Below are positions 60,200 to 64,000 of a stretch of 64,000 nt of DNA, in pieces; within the stretch, counting starts at the first letter, position 1; every line of letters begins with the position of its first letter. The stretch is from the NCBI RefSeq assembly GCF_009914755.1, contig NC_060925.1. One strand, 5' to 3'. The translations under genes and the position numbers were made by a program. The notes below the pieces were generated by a model. That model saw nothing but the letters and a program-made list of their open reading frames with translations, ran no database searches and was not told where the DNA came from. This DNA comes from the human T2T-CHM13v2.0 reference genome, Homo sapiens.

Positions 60200-60860
60200 T
60201 GTTCATTTATTTCATCTATTCAGCCAACATACAATGAGATCCTGTAACTGGCCCAGGGCGGCTGGATGTGAGGGATGCCACCAAGAAAAAGATACCTGCT
60301 CTCATGGAGATTAAAATCTGATAGGGAAGAGACATTGATAAAATAATCCCACTAAAAATATATATACATATAATTACAACTCTCATAAGAATCAGGCAGA
60401 AAAGGTACACGGTGCCAGAAATCTCAAAATAGGGGGACTTGATACAGTTGGGGAGGGAAAGAGGTCAGGACTGCTTTCCTAATGAAGGGATGGGGAACCC
60501 ATTCCAGACTGAGCAAGGGTTTGTGGAGCTGGAAACACTGAATGAATGTCAGTGCAGCTGGATCTCAGAGAGCCAAGTCCCCATGGGCATTGGGACGGGA
60601 GAGGGAGGGGAGAGATAAAGCTGGAAATATAGGACAATAGTTAGATCAAACAAAGCTTTATGGTTTTTTTGTCCAAGGAGCACTGAAGAATGGGAAGCAT
60701 ATTTGCGTCTTAAAAATGCTCCCTCTCTCTCAGAGCTAGCAGGAAGGTCGGGGGTAGGTGGAGGGTTGCAGGGGATCTGGCCAGATGTAGGGGGCTGCTG
60801 TAGTAGTTCCGGAGAGTCACAATAGGCTAGTGCTAGGCTGATGATATTAGCCATGGAGAC
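60200..60860 (-). mobile_element. L2 remnant
   Basis: ttcatttatttcatctattcagccaacat...cctgctctcatggaga. Confidence 0.6.
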
Positions 60861-61099
60861 AAGAGGAGGTAACATAGACAGGCTAGTAAAAGTAACCATC
60901 CCATTGGAGAATGCAGAAACTACAGAACAGCCCTTAACAAAATGCTGTGAAGTCCATGCAGCAGATTTCCTCTCATAATATTGTAAAGGTGTCCCCTGTG
61001 TGTCAGCGTGTTTCTTTCACATTTCTTTTCATTCTGGAGAAGGGTGTGTCAGCTCAGATTCCATCTATGGGAAAAAAGTTTGATAAATGAGTTTTCAGT

Positions 61100-62453
61100 T
61101 TGGGCGCGGTGGCTCACGCCTGTAATCCCAGCACTTTGGGAGGCTGAGATGGGTGGATCGCTCAAGGCCAGGAATTTGAGACCAGCCTGCGCAACATGGC
61201 GAAAACCTGTCTCCACTAAAAATACAAAAATTTGCCGGGCGTGGTGGCATGTGCCTGTAATCTCAGCTACTCAGGAGGCTGAGGCATGAGAATCATTTGA
61301 ACCTGGGAGGCAGAGGTTGTAGTCAGCTGAGATCACGCCATGCACTCCAGCCTGGGTGACAGGGCCAGACCTTGTCTCAAAAAAAAAAGTTTTCAGGCAA
61401 TGGCATAGTGGTGAGGAATCTTTCTCTAGGCTGCCATTTCCCTCCCATGCAAAACTGTAAAGCAGAGATGGTCAGGCTTTAAGGGTTCCAGTTTCTCTTG
61501 ATTGCCTTTTTCTACTCAGCCTGCCTAACTTTCGCTCTTTCACACTCTATCACCCACTACATCATAACCTGCTCTAAGGAAAGTGTCTGATAAACAAATT
61601 CTAACAAACATATAAAGAAAAAGCATATGAATGATTTCTCCCAAAGAGTGTTTATGTTTGAATATCTAAAGGAATGAATCTCTAATTATGGAAGGCCAGC
61701 CATCAGTCAACAAACGGAAAAAAATATTTTGGACTAGGCATGGTGGCTCACAGCTATACTCCCAGCATTTTAGGAGGCTGAGGCAGGAGGATCACTTGAC
61801 CTCAGGAGTTCAAGACCAGCCTGGGCAATATAGCAAGATCCCAGTCTCTAAAAAAATTTTTTTTAATTGCCCGTGCACAATGGTTCACACTATAATCTCA
61901 TCACTTTGAGAGGCTGAGGCAAGAGGTTTGCTTGAGCCCAGGAGTTTGAGACCAGCCTGGGCAAGATAGTGAGACCCCATCTCTACAAAAAAAAATGTTT
62001 TTGTTAGCCAATGAGGCCAGGCACAGTGGCTCACGCCTGTAATGCCAGCACTTTGGGAGGCCGAGGCGGGTGAATCACGAGGTCAGGAGTTCAAGACCAG
62101 CCTGGATGGTGAAACCCCATCTCTATGAAAAATACAAAAAATTAGCCGGGCATGGTGGCGGATGCCTATAATCCCAGCTACTCAGGAGGCTGAGGCAGAG
62201 AATTGCTTAAACCCGGGAGGCGGATGTTGCAGTGAGCTGAGATTGCGCCACTGCACTCCAGCCTGGGTGACAGAGCCAAACACCATCTCAAAAAAACTAA
62301 AAAATAAAAAAGAAAAGAAAAAGTAGCTGGTTTGCGACACACACCTGTAGTCCCAGCTGGGAGGTCAGGAGTTCCAGGCAACAGTGAGCTATGATCTCAC
62401 CACTGCACTCCAGCCTGGGCAACAAAGCAAGACCTTGTCTCTAAAAAAAAAAA
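61100..62453 (+). mobile_element. Alu series: 61100-61388, monomer 61731-61860, AluJ 61866-62453 with a nested AluS at 62016-62320
   Basis: Alu consensus. Confidence 0.85.
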
Positions 62454-62734
62454 TCAATTAATTAAAATTTAAAAAGAATGTGATCTGTATGCTTGACAGT
62501 TCCCAATTTCTACCTTCCCACTTGATCCTCCTCTGAGTTCCAGACTACTCTATCCAGCTATTGATCAACATCTCTGCCTGGACATCTTACAAGCATTTCA
62601 AATGTAATGTGTCCAAATCAGAACTCCATCTCCCAACCCCCAGAAACCCAGACTTCTCTAACTCAGTAAATGACAATATCAGACACTCAGAAACCTGGGA
62701 TGAGGGTCGGGGGCATCCGGGACTCCTCCCTCCC

Positions 62735-62915
62735 TGTATTAGTTTCCTATGGCTGCTGTAAACAATCGCAATGTGTTTTCTCCCAGTTCTGGAAACCAGA
62801 AGTCTGAAAGCACGGTGTCAGCAGGGCTGCTCTACCTGTGGGGCTCTCAGGGAGAAATCTTGCCTCTTGCAGCTTTCTGGTGGCTCTAGGTGTTCTTTGT
62901 GGCTGTATCATTCGA
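62735..62915 (-). mobile_element. MLT1 (MaLR) LTR 3' part
   Basis: tgtattagtttcctatggctgctgtaa...cagttctggaaaccagaagtctgaaa...gtgtcagcagggc. Confidence 0.8.
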
Positions 62916-63399
62916 TTTTTCTTTTCTTTTTTCTTTTCTTTCTTTTTTTTTTTTACATGTACCTGTTTATTATGAAGGATATTACAAAGGATACAGATAA
63001 AGAGGCACGTAAGACATGTAGGGTGAGGCATAGGGGAAGGGGTGTGGAGCCACCTTGCCCTCCTGGTGCAACCTTCCAGCTGTCTGGAAGTTCACTGAAT
63101 CCAGTCCTTTTGGATTTTTCTGGAAGCTTCACGACATCAGCATTTCTTTCCCCAGGGTATAGGGTGGGACCCTCTCATGGGAAGGCCTTAAGACCCACAA
63201 TCAGAAAGTCAAGAGGACATTAGAGTGGAAGGGAGACAGGAAAAGGGACAGAAGGCCTGCCCCTGAGGCCTAACACAGCCAACGTTCTAACAGAAGGTTC
63301 TAACAGGGCCTATGGGAGTTATGAGCCAGGAACCCTGGGTAAAAATAATATATATCATAACACCACAGGCCACCCCCTGGTTTTCAACCACGGATTTTT

Positions 63400-63400
<1 letters not shown>
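62916..63400 (-). mobile_element. MER21-type ERV 3' end: internal sequence/PPT + LTR U3-R + poly(A)
   Basis: aaggatattacaaaggatacagat...gggagttatgagccaggaacc...cataacaccaca; AATAAA at 62971-62966 (-); T tract 62916-62954. Confidence 0.75.
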
Positions 63401-63401
<1 letters not shown>

Positions 63402-63445
<44 letters not shown>

Positions 63446-63569
63446 GCTTACTATATATATATATACTTACTATATATATACACTTACTATATATATACTT
63501 ACTATATATGCTTACTATATATATACTTACTATATACATATACTTACTATATATATATATACTTACTAT

Positions 63570-63604
<35 letters not shown>
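63402..63604. repeat. Compound microsatellite (CT)n-(TA)n-[cttactatatata]n-(CA)n
   Basis: Read directly from the sequence. Confidence 0.95.
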
Positions 63605-63607
<3 letters not shown>

Positions 63608-63632
63608 ATGAATAATCCAGACCATCATATTG

Positions 63633-64000
63633 TTTCATGAACCCAAAAGTATCTGAGACAGATCTCAATCAATTTAGAAAGTTTATTTTGCCAAGGTTAA
63701 GGACACACAGGACACAGCCGCAGGAGGTCCTGACAACATGTGCCCAAGGGGGTTGGGTTAGAGCTTGCTTTTATACATTTAGGGAGACATAAGACATCAA
63801 TCAATACATGTGAGATTTACGTTGGTTCAGTCTGGAAGGGTGGAACAACTCAAAGCAGGGGGGCTTCCAGGTCATAGGCAGATTTAAAAATTTTCTAACT
63901 GGCAACTGGTTTAAAGAGTTATTAACAATAGAAACGAATGTCTGGGTTATGATAAGGGGCTGTGGAGAGCAAGGTTTTATCATGCAGATGAAGCCTCTAG
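63633..64000 (-). mobile_element. MER4A-family ERV1 LTR (runs off the window)
   Basis: aaaagtatctgagacagatctcaatcaatttagaaagtttattttgccaaggttaagga...gaggtcctgacaacatgtgcccaagg. Confidence 0.85.

Overview
Human (primate) genomic DNA, very Alu-rich (roughly 65-70 Alu-family elements or fragments, about 30% of the window by eye). It covers the 5' end of TGFBR3 (betaglycan, TGF-beta receptor III) on the minus strand. The only coding sequence I can support is 61 nt (8298-8358) encoding the signal peptide MTSHYVIAIFALMSSCLATA(G), inside a 174-nt exon (8298-8471). Two promoters feed this exon: a proximal CpG-island first exon (donor at 32712/32711, about 24.5 kb upstream of the ATG) and a distal unit of two non-coding exons (52681-~52857 and 46481-46541, about 44.5 kb upstream). 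The rest is intron or upstream DNA containing Alu, L1, L2, MIR, MaLR (THE1, MST, MLT1) and ERV1 (MER41, MER21, MER4) relics plus an NDUFA3 processed pseudogene. There is no prokaryotic-type system or CRISPR array, and I cannot support a novel gene. Best leads: (1) the distal first exon appears to lie inside an ancient sense-oriented MLT1 LTR and carries four uATGs; (2) the start-codon exon is tightly flanked by inverted Alus, a circRNA candidate that could encode a 42-aa signal-peptide-bearing product; (3) the NDUFA3 retrocopy appears to preserve an alternative 3' splice-site isoform; (4) two ERV LTR ends are polyadenylated, suggesting L1-mediated retrocopies; (5) several template-switch or templated-insertion scars. 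Gene and repeat identifications come from remembered sequence, not database searches. Repeat boundaries are approximate.
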